Below are positions 24,801 to 36,800 of a stretch of 64,000 nt of DNA, piece by piece. The notes beneath the pieces were generated by a model, which was not told where the DNA came from, did not search any database, and was given only the letters and a program-made list of their open reading frames with translations. This DNA comes from Macrostomum lignano (taxonomy: Eukaryota), in NCBI GenBank assembly GCA_002269645.1, contig NIVC01000827.1:524484-588483 (forward strand). The letters are read 5' to 3'. How positions within the stretch are numbered: the stretch's first letter is position 1; every line of letters begins with the position of its first letter. The position numbers were made by a program, and so were the translations under genes.

Positions 24801-26048
24801 GAGGGTCCAACAAAGTCTTCAATCTGCTTTATTTGCACATCAACAGTCGGGCGCTACACATGTCCCAAATGCGGCATAGCCTACTGTTCAGTAGCCTGCT
24901 ACAGACACGAACGACACTCGGCCTGTTCAGAAGCTTTCTATCGCGACTGCTGCTTGGAGTCGCTTCGCGGTGAAACTGTCGGCACCAGCGAGCGTCGGGC
25001 TATGGCCGAAGTTCTTCGACGTCGCCTAGCTCAGGAAGCTGAGGAGAAGCTTATGGTTGATGACGTCATCGAAGACGAGGAGGACGATCTCGCTAGCCGA
25101 CTCGCTGGCGTCGATCTGGACGCCGTCGATATCGACGCCGACGCTCTGTGGCGCCAATTGACGCCTAGCGAACGGCGTCGTTTTGTGCGCAGCCTGGAGA
25201 CCGGCGAGTGCGCCGACTGTCTGCCGGAGGTGACACCCTGGTGGCAGGGCCCGGTGCGCGATGCCGAGAAGGAACCGCCGACGCTCTCTGCTCCCGATGC
25301 CGCACTGGTAGCAAGCCTTCGGCCAGACCCAGCTAGTACTACTAGAAGGTTGCCTCCGCCTAGTCCGCTGATGCCTCTAGTGTTGTTAGAGGCTCTGCTA
25401 ACCTATGCGTACTCTATGAGGCTCTCCAACTGCGACTTGACCGACTGTCCCGATCAGCTGATCACCTGCTGCCAGCTGCTGTGGCCCTGCGCTCCCGGCT
25501 CTAAATCCTCCGCACACGCATCCACCCCAACCTCCTCCGCCCACGCACCCACCCCAACCTCCTCCGCCCACGCACCCACCCCAACCTCCTCCGCCCACGC
25601 ACCCACCCCAACCTCCTCCGCCCACGCACTCACCCCAAACTCCGCACCAGCCGCTATCGCTCAATGCCCTTCAAACGCTCCTTTGCCAAATTTGGATCTT
25701 ACTGTTGCCAGATTCCTGCATCGTCTCCAGTCGAATCCTAGCCAGTTGTGCTATTCGAATTCCCTGTTCTTGGCCTGCCTGCACGATGCCATCCGCCTGC
25801 TGGGTCAAGATCGATCGCTTCGGTATCCGGAGCGCGCTCTGGCAGATTTGCACTCAGCTCTACAGGTGTTAGCTAATAAAACTCGATACGCTAGGTTGGC
25901 TACTAAGCGCCTGGAGTATCTCTGCGCTTGGCTACTAGCTGAAGAATCTAGCAGATATCAGCAATGCTGTCAGCTTGTGCCGTTGCTAGAGTTGGCTGTG
26001 TGCCAGTACGCTACTGAATTGATGTCGGAGAAAAATACCATTGACTAG
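24801..26048 (+). CDS. ZNHIT2: Zinc finger HIT domain-containing protein 2; single long exon, 5'-partial (no ATG upstream of the HIT finger)
   Basis: The frame extends upstream of the listed ORF to a TTTCAG acceptor at 24800: EGPTKSSICFIC...RYTCPKCGIAYCSVACYRHERHSACSEAFYRD (zf-HIT). Then LWRQLTPSERRRF, PWW, PPPSPL...YAY and RLEYLCAW. Stop is TAG. Confidence 0.88.
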   Translation, partial: EGPTKSSICFICTSTVGRYTCPKCGIAYCSVACYRHERHSACSEAFYRDCCLESLRGETVGTSERRAMAEVLRRRLAQEAEEKLMVDDVIEDEEDDLASRLAGVDLDAVDIDADALWRQLTPSERRRFVRSLETGECADCLPEVTPWWQGPVRDAEKEPPTLSAPDAALVASLRPDPASTTRRLPPPSPLMPLVLLEALLTYAYSMRLSNCDLTDCPDQLITCCQLLWPCAPGSKSSAHASTPTSSAHAPTPTSSAHAPTPTSSAHAPTPTSSAHALTPNSAPAAIAQCPSNAPLPNLDLTVARFLHRLQSNPSQLCYSNSLFLACLHDAIRLLGQDRSLRYPERALADLHSALQVLANKTRYARLATKRLEYLCAWLLAEESSRYQQCCQLVPLLELAVCQYATELMSEKNTID

Positions 26049-26204
26049 GTGTTTGACTTCAGCTTTGGCTATTTAATGAAATACAGTCATATTCAGCGTG
26101 TTGCGATTTTGTACTGGCTACTATTTTTTTCAATTTGGAATTAGTTAGTGTAGTTTTTTATTTGTCTTTTATTTTTCCTTGTATGTCCTCCTACCATATT
26201 TACA

Positions 26205-26820
26205 GATCCTTTGGGTAAGTTTTAAACCTTCATAGATCCTTAAGGTAGCTTTTAGACCCTACCAGATCCTTAAAGTACGTTCTAGACCCTACCGGATCCT
26301 TAAAGTACGTTTTAGATCCTACTGGATCCTTAAAGTACGTTTTAGACCTACCGGATCCTTAAAGTACGTTTTAGACCCTACCGGATCCTTAAAGTACGTT
26401 TAGACCTACCGGATCCCTAAAGTACGTTTTAGACCCTACCGGATCCTTAAGTACGTTCTAGATCCTACCGGATCCTTAAAGTACGTTTTAGACCTACCGG
26501 ATCCTTAAAGTACGTTTTAGACCTACCGGATCCTTAAAGTAGCTTTTAGACCCTATCGGATCCTTAAAGTAGCTTTTAGACCCTACCGGGTCCTTAAAGT
26601 ACATTTTAGACCCTCTCAGATGCATAAAGTAACTTTTAAACGCTTCCATATCATTAAACTAGGTTTTAAATCCTCCCAGATCCTTAAAGTAGGTTTTTAA
26701 CCCTTCCACATCCTTCAAGCAGGTTTTAAGCCCTCCCAGATCCGTAGGGGGATATTTTAAGCCCTCCCAGCTCCCTAGTGTAGGTTTTAAACCGTCTCCA
26801 GATCCCTAGGGCAGGTTTTA
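26205..26820. repeat. Minisatellite, 29-30-bp unit (GACCCTACCGGATCCTTAAAGTACGTTTTA), between ZNHIT2 and ZIP11
   Basis: Tandem unit read directly; it decays towards 26820. Confidence 0.92.
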
Positions 26821-26934
26821 AACCCTCCAAATTCGTCAGATATAGATAGATTCCCAATCATCCCTATAGCTTGGTCCTCAACCCTCATGATCATAGATTC
26901 AGTTTAATCAATAAATCAATCAACAACGTCATAA

Positions 26935-29292
26935 ATGGCCAATTGAAAACTCCCTCTGCTGCGATTTGTCACGCCGCTAGCGCAGACGGCGCTGGGCACC
27001 CTGTTGACCTGGGGCCTGACAGCCCTGGGCGCCGGGTTGGTGTTCCTAGTCCCAGCCGGTTATTCTCACGCTCGCCTATTGAATGCTAGTTTAGGTTTCG
27101 CAGCCGGCGTGATGACGGCCGCATCGTTTTGGTCTCTGCTGGACCCGGCCATAGACATGGCTAGAGGTAGCGGCTCTTACGGTGCCAAAGGCGAATTCGC
27201 CTGGCTACCAGTTGCTATTGGATTCGGGGTTGGCGCCGCTTTTGCTGTCGGAGCCGATCGACTGTTGACGGCGTTAGGCGTTGCTGGGGGAGATGGAGAC
27301 GATCTGGTTAAGGAGCTGACTGGCTCTGCTAGTGGCAAGCCTCGGTCGGCTTCTAACAATCTGCTGTTAGATAGCGCCGCTGACTGTAACAGCGTTGGTG
27401 TACAACTGCCCGAGCTGCTCACTGTCAATGCCGCTGCCGCACTTCGAAGACGCGGAGGCGGCGGCGCTAGCAGCGGCCGGGATGGTGGATCAGTCGAATT
27501 TGCCGAAGATTGGAATGCCGAGGATGAAAGGTGCGGCGCCTTCGCATTTGGAGAGAAATGTTGGGGTGTGGGTTTTTCTAATCCTAACCGTGTGGGTTTT
27601 TTTAATCCTGTGGGTGTGGGTTTTTTCTAATCCTGTGGGTGTGGGTTTTTTCTAATCCTGTGGGTGTGGGATGTTTCTAATCTTGAGGGTGTGGGATTTT
27701 TCTAATCTTGAGGGTGTCGGATTTTTCAAATCTTAAGGGTGTGGGTTTTTTCTAATCCTGTGGGTGTGGGATTTTTCTAATCTTGAGGGTGTGGGTTTTT
27801 TCTAATCCTGTGGGTGTGGGATTTTTCTAATCTTGAGGGTGTGGGGTTTTTCTAATCCTGTGGGTGTGGGGTTTTTCTAAACCTGAGGGTGTGGGATGTT
27901 TCTAATCTTGAGGGTGTGGGGTTTTTCTAAACCTGAGGGTGTGGGATGTTTCTAATCTTGAGGGTGTGGGTTTTTTCTAATCCTGTGGGTGTGGGATTTT
28001 TCTAATCTTGAGGGTGTGGGGTTTTTCTAATCCTGTGGGTGTGGGGTTTTTCTAATCCTAACCGTGTGGGTTTTTTCTAATCCTGTGGGTGTGGGATTTT
28101 TCTAATCCTGAGGGTGTGGGATTTTTCTAGTCCTGAGGGTGTGGAATTTTTTCTGGTTCTGAGGGTGTGGAATTTTTTCTAGTCCTGAGGGTGTGGGATT
28201 TTTCTAGTCCTGAGGGTGTGGGTTTTTCTGGTCCTAAGGGGGTGGAATTTTTCTGGTCCTGAGGGTGTGGGTTTTTCTGGTCCTGAGGGTGTGGGTTTTT
28301 CTGGTCCTGAGGGTGTGGAATTTTTCTGGTCCTGAGGGTGTGGGATTTTTCTGGTCCTGAGGGTGTGGGATTTTTCTGGTCCTGAGGGTGTGGGATTTTT
28401 CTGGTCCTGGGGTGTGGAATTTTTCTGGTCCTGAGGGTGTGGAATTTTTCTGGTCCTGAGGGTGTGGGATTTTTCTGGTCCTGAGGGTGTGGGATTTTTC
28501 TGGTCCTGAGGGTGTGGGATTTTTCTGGTCCTGAGGGTGTGGGATTTTTCTGGTCCTGGGGGTGTGGAATTTTTCTGGTCCTGAGGGTGTGGGATTTTTC
28601 TGGTCCTGGGGGTGTGGAATTTTTCTGGTCCTGAGGGTGTGTGATATTTTAGTGTGCTGATTGATTAATTTTAAAATAAATGAATACGAGCTCTCAATCA
28701 AATGGTATTAGTGTTTTGAGGGAAAAACAGTCAAGTCCTAACACCAACCCTATATCCTCTAACTGGCCTTTGCAGTCGGGCCAAGCAGTTTAGACACGGT
28801 GGCGGCCCCAGCTGGAGGCGGGTGCTGCTATTGGTGCTGGCAATCACTGTACACAACATACCGGAAGGCCTGGCAGTCGGTGTAAGCTTCGGAGCCATTG
28901 GCGCTGTCAGCAACAACAGTAGCAGCAGCCAGGAGGACAATAAAGGTCATTTTGAAGCGGCCCGAAACCTGGCCATCGGAATTGGGATCCAGAATTTCCC
29001 GGAAGGCCTGGCAGTGTCGCTGCCGCTGCACGCGTCAGGAATGAGCCCGTTGAAAAGCTTCTGGTGGGGCCAGCTATCTGGCATGGTGGAGCCGATAGCT
29101 GGCCTGCTCGGCTGTCTGTTAGTTTCCATAGCAACGCCTCTGCTACCCTACGCATTGGCATTCGCAGCCGGAGCCATGATCTACGTTGTATTCGATGCGA
29201 TTGTGCCAGAATCAACCGATTCTAAGTTGACTTCGGCTGGGTGCATTGTGGGATTCATTGTGATGATGGTGCTGGATGTTGGGCTGTCTTGA
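26935..29292 (+). CDS. SLC39A11: ZIP11 (gufA-type) zinc/metal transporter; exons ~26935/26956-27530 and 28776-29292; 5' end ambiguous
   Basis: QTALGTLLTWGLTALGA, SLGFAAGVMTAASFWSLL, SWRRVLLLVLAITVHNIPEGLAVGVSFG, GIGIQNFPEGLAVSLPL, GQLSGMVEP, FAAGAMIYVV and MMVLDVGL. Phase-2 GT-AG intron 27531-28775. Confidence 0.92.
27560..28645. repeat. G/T-rich minisatellite, ~25-27-bp unit (TCCTGAGGGTGTGGGATTTTTCTAA/GG), filling the ZIP11 intron
   Basis: Tandem units read directly, with two subtypes (…CTAA then …CTGG). Confidence 0.95.
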
Positions 29293-29711
29293 TAAAACAA
29301 TCAAAATCTGAGAGACTCCATAAAAGTCAAAGAGCTTTGGACGCAGTCTGTCCCGTTGAAAACGATACCGTGACAAAAACAGCTATAGAGTCATTGCAAA
29401 CTGCTCACTAGTGACTAGCGACTGGGATGAACGTAGTTGCAGAACCATAAGAGTCGCTAAACAGTCGTTTGTGTTATCGCTTAACTTTCTACTAACTCAA
29501 GTAGACTAAATAGAGTTTTATTAATGCGAAATGCGATTCTAATTCATCAAGTGACGCAGATGCAGTCCCTTAGAGTCGCAGACAATAAAACGCCTCAAAT
29601 TGATTCTTAAGCGACTTTTTGTCGACTTGTACACCGTGACATATCGTCGTTTTTGAGTCGTCTATGCGATAGTTAATACACGGTAAAGTTATCCCAGACG
29701 GCACCAAATGA

Positions 29712-30200
29712 CGGCCCCTGATTCTTCAGGACCTTTTTTGGCCCCTGATTCTTCAGGACCTTTTTTGGCCCCTGATTCTTCAGGACCTTTTTTGGCCCCT
29801 GATTTTTCAGGACCTTTTTTGGCCCCTGATTCTTCAAGACCTTTTTTGGCCCCTGATTCTTCAGGACCTTTTTTGGCCCCTGATTCTTCAGGACCTTTTT
29901 TGGCCCCTGATTCTTCAGGACCTTTTTTGGCCCCTGATTTTTCAGGACCTTTTTTGGCCCCTGATTCTTCAGGACCTTTTTTGGCCCCTGATTCTTCAGG
30001 ACCTTTTTTGGCCCCTGATTCTTCAGGACCTTTTGGCCCCTGATTCTTCAGGACCTTTTTTGGCCCCTGATTCTTCAGGACCTTTTTTGGCCCCTGATTT
30101 TTCAGGACCTTTTTGGCCCCTGATTCTTCAGGACCTTTTTGGCCCCTGATTCTTCAGGACCTTTTGGCCCCTGATTCTTCAGGACCCGCTGCCCACCCAT
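29712..30200. repeat. Minisatellite, 27-bp unit (GGCCCCTGATTCTTCAGGACCTTTTTT), between the convergent ZIP11 and Amt genes
   Basis: Tandem unit read directly. It explains ORF 29708-30043. Confidence 0.95.
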
Positions 30201-30888
30201 TGTTCAGGATCCGCTGCCCCCTGCTATTTATTTTATAATATCAGCATCCCTCATCAACTCGATTTTCCGCCGCGAGAATGAATCTGTATGCTCAGTGACA
30301 TTGAAGTGGAAGTGGCTCTCTAAGTCGAATTGAAGTGGTTCGAATGTGACGTCAATGTCTCGCTACGTTATTTTGGTTTTGTTAGTGATTCCATATTTTA
30401 AGTCTGATATTATTGCTTAATTTTTGTTTGTCTTAAAAATATATAAATAAACACAATGGCTACTGCTAGATCTAGTATATCTAGTGGTACGACATGAGTT
30501 GGTGCCTTTTCAATAGTAGATGAATAAAACACAAGCCATAGTAAAATTATGCGCTAATTAAATTGCTTCAATCGCTGCGAAAGTTTTTATTTGTTTTTTT
30601 TGTTGATACGACAGACATTTGAAAGCTTTTTTAAGGGGAAGATATAAATAGTGCGTAAATACTAACAACTTCTACAAGTTTTGTGGTTGGCAGAAAGCGT
30701 TAGTTATAAAAAAAGTTCAGAGATTTTAACGAGATTCTGTATGCAAAATTTAAAATAAAGTGCGAAGTAGTAAACGGTTTGTTAAAGTACGTCATTTGTT
30801 ACGTAGTTCATGGTCATAAAAAAACTTGTGTAGGGGTTAATAACGTTGACGTGTCTATGCTTTTCATGATGAAATATAAATCAATTTC

Positions 30889-33800
30889 TCAGATTAAATC
30901 AGCGCCCTGATTGGCATAACCGTTCTGTCCAATATGGGAGCTCGGGTCAATTGTTTTGCCATTTACTGTGTCTGGTTGCCAGGCTGGCTTGGAGCTGCAG
31001 TGGCTTCGGCTGATCACCAACTCGGGTCGTACGATTTCAGAGAAGCCTATCTCTGGTATCGCGTTGTCTGTGTGACATTGCGAACAGCGAGTTATCATGA
31101 CATTCCATTGTGAAAATGGAGTGTACAATTAGTACAGTAATGCATACAAATTACCATATAGTGATCTAGGGTGTACTACGATGCCTTACAGTGAGCCTTC
31201 AAAGGATGTACATGTACATTTACAATCTTAGTGACTGTACATGTACATGTACATTTTAATCCTAAAAAGTGACTGCACTTTGTATGGGTGCACAATTGTG
31301 GAATCTTAATTAGAGTGATTCTATTGGTTGCACATTGTAGAATCGCGGATTGACTATGGGTGTACATGTACATGCACATGTACATTGTACAATCCCAAGT
31401 TGACTGTGCTCATTGTAAAATTCTGGAGTGAGTGTACAGTGTATGGTGCACTGCACGCACAGCAGGCAACTCACTTTCCTTCCAGCCGTGTCCGTAAGCA
31501 GACAGCGGGTAGGCCATTTCGCCGTGTTTTGGATAGTCCATGCCTTGAAAAGTCGGGGCAATTTAACGTCATGTACATAGTACATTTGCACGTATTACTT
31601 TTATACGTATTTTATTGTCACGTACATGTACCCCAAGCCCTTAAAGCTGCCGCTCTATAAAACTATAAATTCTCTATTCTTCCTTGACAATATAATAAAC
31701 GGCTATACGGTAGAGCTTAACGGCACTGATTCTACATGTACATGTACCTCCTCACCCACCCCACTCCCTCCGAACGCAAACCCTCAACGATCCCTTACCC
31801 TCAACCCCCACCCACCCCACTCCCTCCGACCGCAAACCCTCAACGATCCCTTACCCTCAACCCCCACCCACCCCACTCCCTCCGACCGCAAACCCTCAAC
31901 GATCCCTTACCCTCAACCCCCACCCACCCCACTCCCTCCGACCGCAAACCCTCAACGATCCCTTACCCTCAACCCCCACCCACCCCACTCCCTCCGAACG
32001 CAAACCCTCAACGATCCCTTACCCTCAACCCCCACCCACCCCACTCCCTCCGACCGCAAACCCTCAACGATCCCTTACCCTCAACCCCACCCACCCCACT
32101 CCCTCCGACCGCAAACCCTCAACGATCCCTTACCCTCAACCCCCACCCACCCCACTCCCTCCGACCGCAAACCCTCAACGATCCCTTACCCTCAACCCCC
32201 ACCCACCCCACTCCCTCCGACCGCAAACCCTCAACGATCCCTTACCCTCAACCCCACCCACCCCACTCCCTCCGACCGCAAACCCTCAACGATCCCTTAC
32301 CCTCAACCCCACCCACCCCACTCCCTCCGACCGCAAACCCTCAACGATCCCCTACCCTCAACCCCCACCCACCCCACTCCCTCCGACCGCAAACCCTCAA
32401 CGATCCCTTACCCTCAACCCCCATCTACCCCACTCCCTCCAGCCGCAAACCCTCAACGATCCCCTACCCTCAACCCCCACCCACCCCACTCCCTCCGACC
32501 GCAAACCCTCAACGATCCCTTACCCTCAACCCCACCCACCCCACTCCCTCCGACCGCAAACCCTCAACGATCCCCTACCCTCAACCCCCACCCACCCCAC
32601 TCCCTCCGACCGCAAACCCTCAACGATCCCTTACCCTCAACCCCCATCTACCCCACTCCCTCCAGCCGCAAACTCTCAACTCTCTGACTCTCAACCCCAC
32701 CCACCCACCATGTACTCCCTCAGCCGCAAACCCTTAACTCTCTGACCCTCAACCCCACCCACCCCACTCCCTTCAATCACAAACCTCCAATTAAAATATC
32801 TATTAGCCCCAACCCCACTTTCTCAAACCGCACACTTCCACCCATGTCCTCAAGCAACCCCATTCACCTTTAATCTCCAACTCTGGCGGCACTCGCAGCA
32901 CCTTCAGCAATCGAAGGGCGCCAAAAATGATTAGCGAAGCGACGCCAGACCAGGCGGTGATTGACAGGGCGCCAACCAGCTGCATGGCCAGGTCCAGGCC
33001 GCTCTGCGTGTTCCAGTAAAACAGGATGCCCCGGTCGCGACGAAGGAAAGCGACACCGATGACGCCCCAGATGCCTCCGCCGTAGTGCACCGCGATGGCT
33101 TCGACCTTAGCAGTTAGTGCATATATTTTATTGAATAATGCTTTGAACTGTTGGTTTATTGGGTGGTTTCTTTCCGGTACGTTGGGTATTTTAGTTCTGG
33201 TTTATTGGGTAGTTTAGTTCTGGTTTATTGGGTAGTTTAGTTCTGGTTTATTGGGTAGTTTATTTCTAATTTACTGGGTTGTTTATTTCTGATTTATTGG
33301 GTTGTTTAGTTCTGGTTGATTGGGTAGTTTATTTCTAATTTATTGGGTTGTTTATTTCTGGTTTATGCTCAGAAAAAACAGCATAATTTCCATACCGGAT
33401 CGTCAATCCGCATCGCCAGCACCAGTTCCGACCAGGCCATGTAGGATCCTGCCGCAAAAAATCCCATAACGCAGGCGCCCCAGGGGTAAAGTACATTGCA
33501 ACCGGCGCAGATGGCCACCATACCGGCCAGACCGCCTGTAGTGCATTTTGTACTTTTATTGATAGAAAAAAACGTAAAAAACTGATTTACATGCATTCCT
33601 ACTCTTAGTAGCTAAACAAATTAGCACAGTTTATATTTATCTTGATCGCTGTAACTACAAGTTAAGCAGATTTGGTTGTGGTTAGTTACACAGAAAGGCT
33701 GATTGCGTCACGTGACCCTCTAAGACAGCCGAGTGGTTAATTATTCATTCTTAGTTGCGTTACCCCATTGAGGAATTTTAATTTGATGAGCTGCAAACCT

Positions 33801-36800
33801 AAGGGGTGTCAATATTTGGTGTCTCTTGATGGGTACCACTGTCTCTCGGTGGGCGCCCCTGTCTCTTGGTGGGTACCCCTGTCTCTCGGTGGGCGCCCCT
33901 GTCTCTTGGTGGGCGCCCCTGTCTCTTTGGTGGGCACCGCTGTCTTTTGATAGGCGCCCCTATCTCTTGGTGGGCGCCCCTGTCTCTTGGTGGGCGCCCC
34001 TGTCTTTTGGTGGGCGCCCCTGTCTCTTAGCCTGGTGGATGCCACGCCCTATAGGTGGCAAATTTCGAGCTCACGGCATTCATGGTTGTCTCTTTCATTT
34101 ATAGTTTTTAGAAAGAGCGCAATTATTGCGGGTGGATGAGCGATTTGGTTTAACTCTGAGCAAGCCACAAAATTACCTGAGCTCAATTTCACCGTATTTT
34201 TAGTGTCTCGTGCGCAAAATCGATTGCGCACAAGCAAGATTTTCATTTTTAGTTTATAAGACTATTTACCACTACTTTTTGACTACTAACAGTAGCTTAG
34301 AAAATTGTTTAATACTTTTAATTAAAACGCACCGTTAATTGTTCTTAGCAGCGACCAGTGGGGCCTGAGTAGGCGAGTCAGCAGCAGGGTGGTGAAGGCT
34401 CCCGTGCTGCCGCTCAGCACGGTGTTCACCATAGCGTTGGCCACGACTGCCCCATCATTAGCCTGTTGAATGTGCAACTGGCTGCCGCCGTTGAATGCCA
34501 AGAAGCCGAAGAACAGCACGAATCCGCCTAGGGAGACGAGCGGCACCGAATGTCCGGGAATGGCTCGGGATTCGCCCGTCTCAGGGTCGAACCGGTTAAT
34601 CCGCGGGCCCAGCAAGGCTGCAGCGACGAGGGCCGCCGTGCCGCCGGTGATGTGCACGACGCCGCTACCGGCGAAGTCCTACAAGGCATTTGGGTCTTTT
34701 AAACACTAAACCATGTCTTTGTAAAGTTTTAACAATACATATCGGTAGATGTTAAAATATCCGGAATCGCATGCGTAAGCGAAATGGACAACAAGTCTTC
34801 TTTGTCTGTGCGAATTTTGTGTCGAACTGATGAGCTTTCCTGACACCCGATCTCCTCTGACACCCACCCCGTCTCCCCTAACATCCACCCCATCTCCCCT
34901 GACACCCAAGCCATCTCCCCTGACACCCAAGCCATCTCCCCTGACACCCAAGCCATCTCCCCTGACACCCAAGCCATCTCCCCTGACACCCACCTTATCT
35001 CCCCTGACACCCACCCCATCTCCCCTGACATCCACCCCATCTCCCTTGACATCCACCCCATCTCCCCTGACACCCACCCCATCTCCTCTGACACCCACCC
35101 CATCTCCTCTGACACCCACCCCATCTTCCCTGACACCCACCCCATCTTCCCTGACACCCACCTTATCTCCCCTAACATCCACCCCATCTCCGCTGACACC
35201 CACCCCATCTCCCCTGACACCCACCCCATCTCCCCTGACACCCCATCTTCCCCGACCGCCTATCTGATCGTAGTGATCGATACGAGCTAGTATGATCGTA
35301 GAAGTACTATATAAAGCTGACCTCTCGTATTACACGTTTTTACCTTATAGTGCGACACAAGAGTCCCGTTCTGCGCCGTGAGGCCCACAGCCAGCCAACC
35401 GATCGGATTCCAGGCCCAGTGGGACACGATGGGATAAACAAAACCTGTGCATTTGGAGGTTGAACGCATTAAAAAAATAGCAGAATTCAGGCCATTTAAA
35501 CTATTCACTGAAAGCCTAAATCTGTTCTGGTATCTGATATCCCTCAGAAATCTGTCCTGGTATCTGATATCCCTCTGAAATCTGTTCTGGTATCTGATAT
35601 CCCTCTGAAATCAGTTCTGGTATCTGATATCCCTCTGAAATCTGTTCTGGTATCTGATATCCCTCTGAAATCAGTTCTGGTATCTGATATATCCCTCTGA
35701 TATCAGTTCTGGTATCTGATATATCCCTCTGAAATCTGTTCTGGTATCTGATATCCCTCTGAAATCAGTTCTGGTATCTGATATATCCCTCTGAAATCAG
35801 TTCTGGTATCTGATATCCCTCTGAAATCAGTTCTGGTATCTGATATATCCCTCTGAAATCTGTCCTGGTATCTGATATCCCTCTGAAATCAGTTCTGGTA
35901 TCTGATATCCCTCTGAAATCTGTCCTGGTATCTGATATCCCTCTGATATCTGTTCTGGTATCTGATATATCCCTCTGATATCTGTTCTGGTATCTGATAT
36001 CCCTCTGAAATCTGTTCTGGTATCTGATATCCCTCTGATATCAGTTCTGGTATCTGATATCCCTCTGAAATCAGTTCTGGTATCTGATATCCCTCTGAAA
36101 TCTGTCCTGGTATCTGATATCCCTCTGAAATCAGTTCTGGTATCTGATATCCCTCTGAAATCTGTCCTGGTATCTGATATCCCTCTGAAATCAGTTCTGG
36201 TATCTGATATATCCCTCTGAAATCTGTCCTGGTATCTGATATCCCTCTGAAATCAGTTCTGGTATCTGATATCCCTCTGATATCTGTTCTGGTATCTGAT
36301 ATCCCTCTGAAATCTGTTCTGGTATCTGATACCCCTCTGATATCTGTTCTGGTATCTGATATATCCCTCTGAAATCTGTCCTGGTATCTGATATCTCTCT
36401 GATATCTGTTCTGGTATCTGATATCCCTCTGATATCTGTTCTGGTATCTGATATCCCTCTGAAATCAGTTCTGGTATCTGATATCCCTCTGAAATCTGTC
36501 CTGGTATCTGATATCCCTCTGAAATCAGTTCTGGTATCTGATATCCCTCAGAAATCTGTCCTGGTATCTGATATCCCTCTGAAATCTGTTCTGGTATCTG
36601 ATATCCCTCTGAAATCAGTTCTGGTATCTGATATCCCTCTGAAATCTGTTCTGGTATCTGATATCCCTCTGAAATCAGTTCTGGTATCTGATATATCCCT
36701 CTGATATCAGTTCTGGTATCTGATATATCCCTCTGAAATCTGTTCTGGTATCTGATATCCCTCTGAAATCAGTTCTGGTATCTGATATATCCCTCTGAAA

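Noticed and set aside
15852-26946. Genome-wide reassignment of TGA to a sense codon (in-frame TGA at codon 4 of both Merlin and ZIP11, and in the MULE)
   Set aside because: TGA is the normal terminator of ZIP11 (right after the conserved LDVGL end), claudin and Amt. The TE copies also contain TAG stops and frameshifts.
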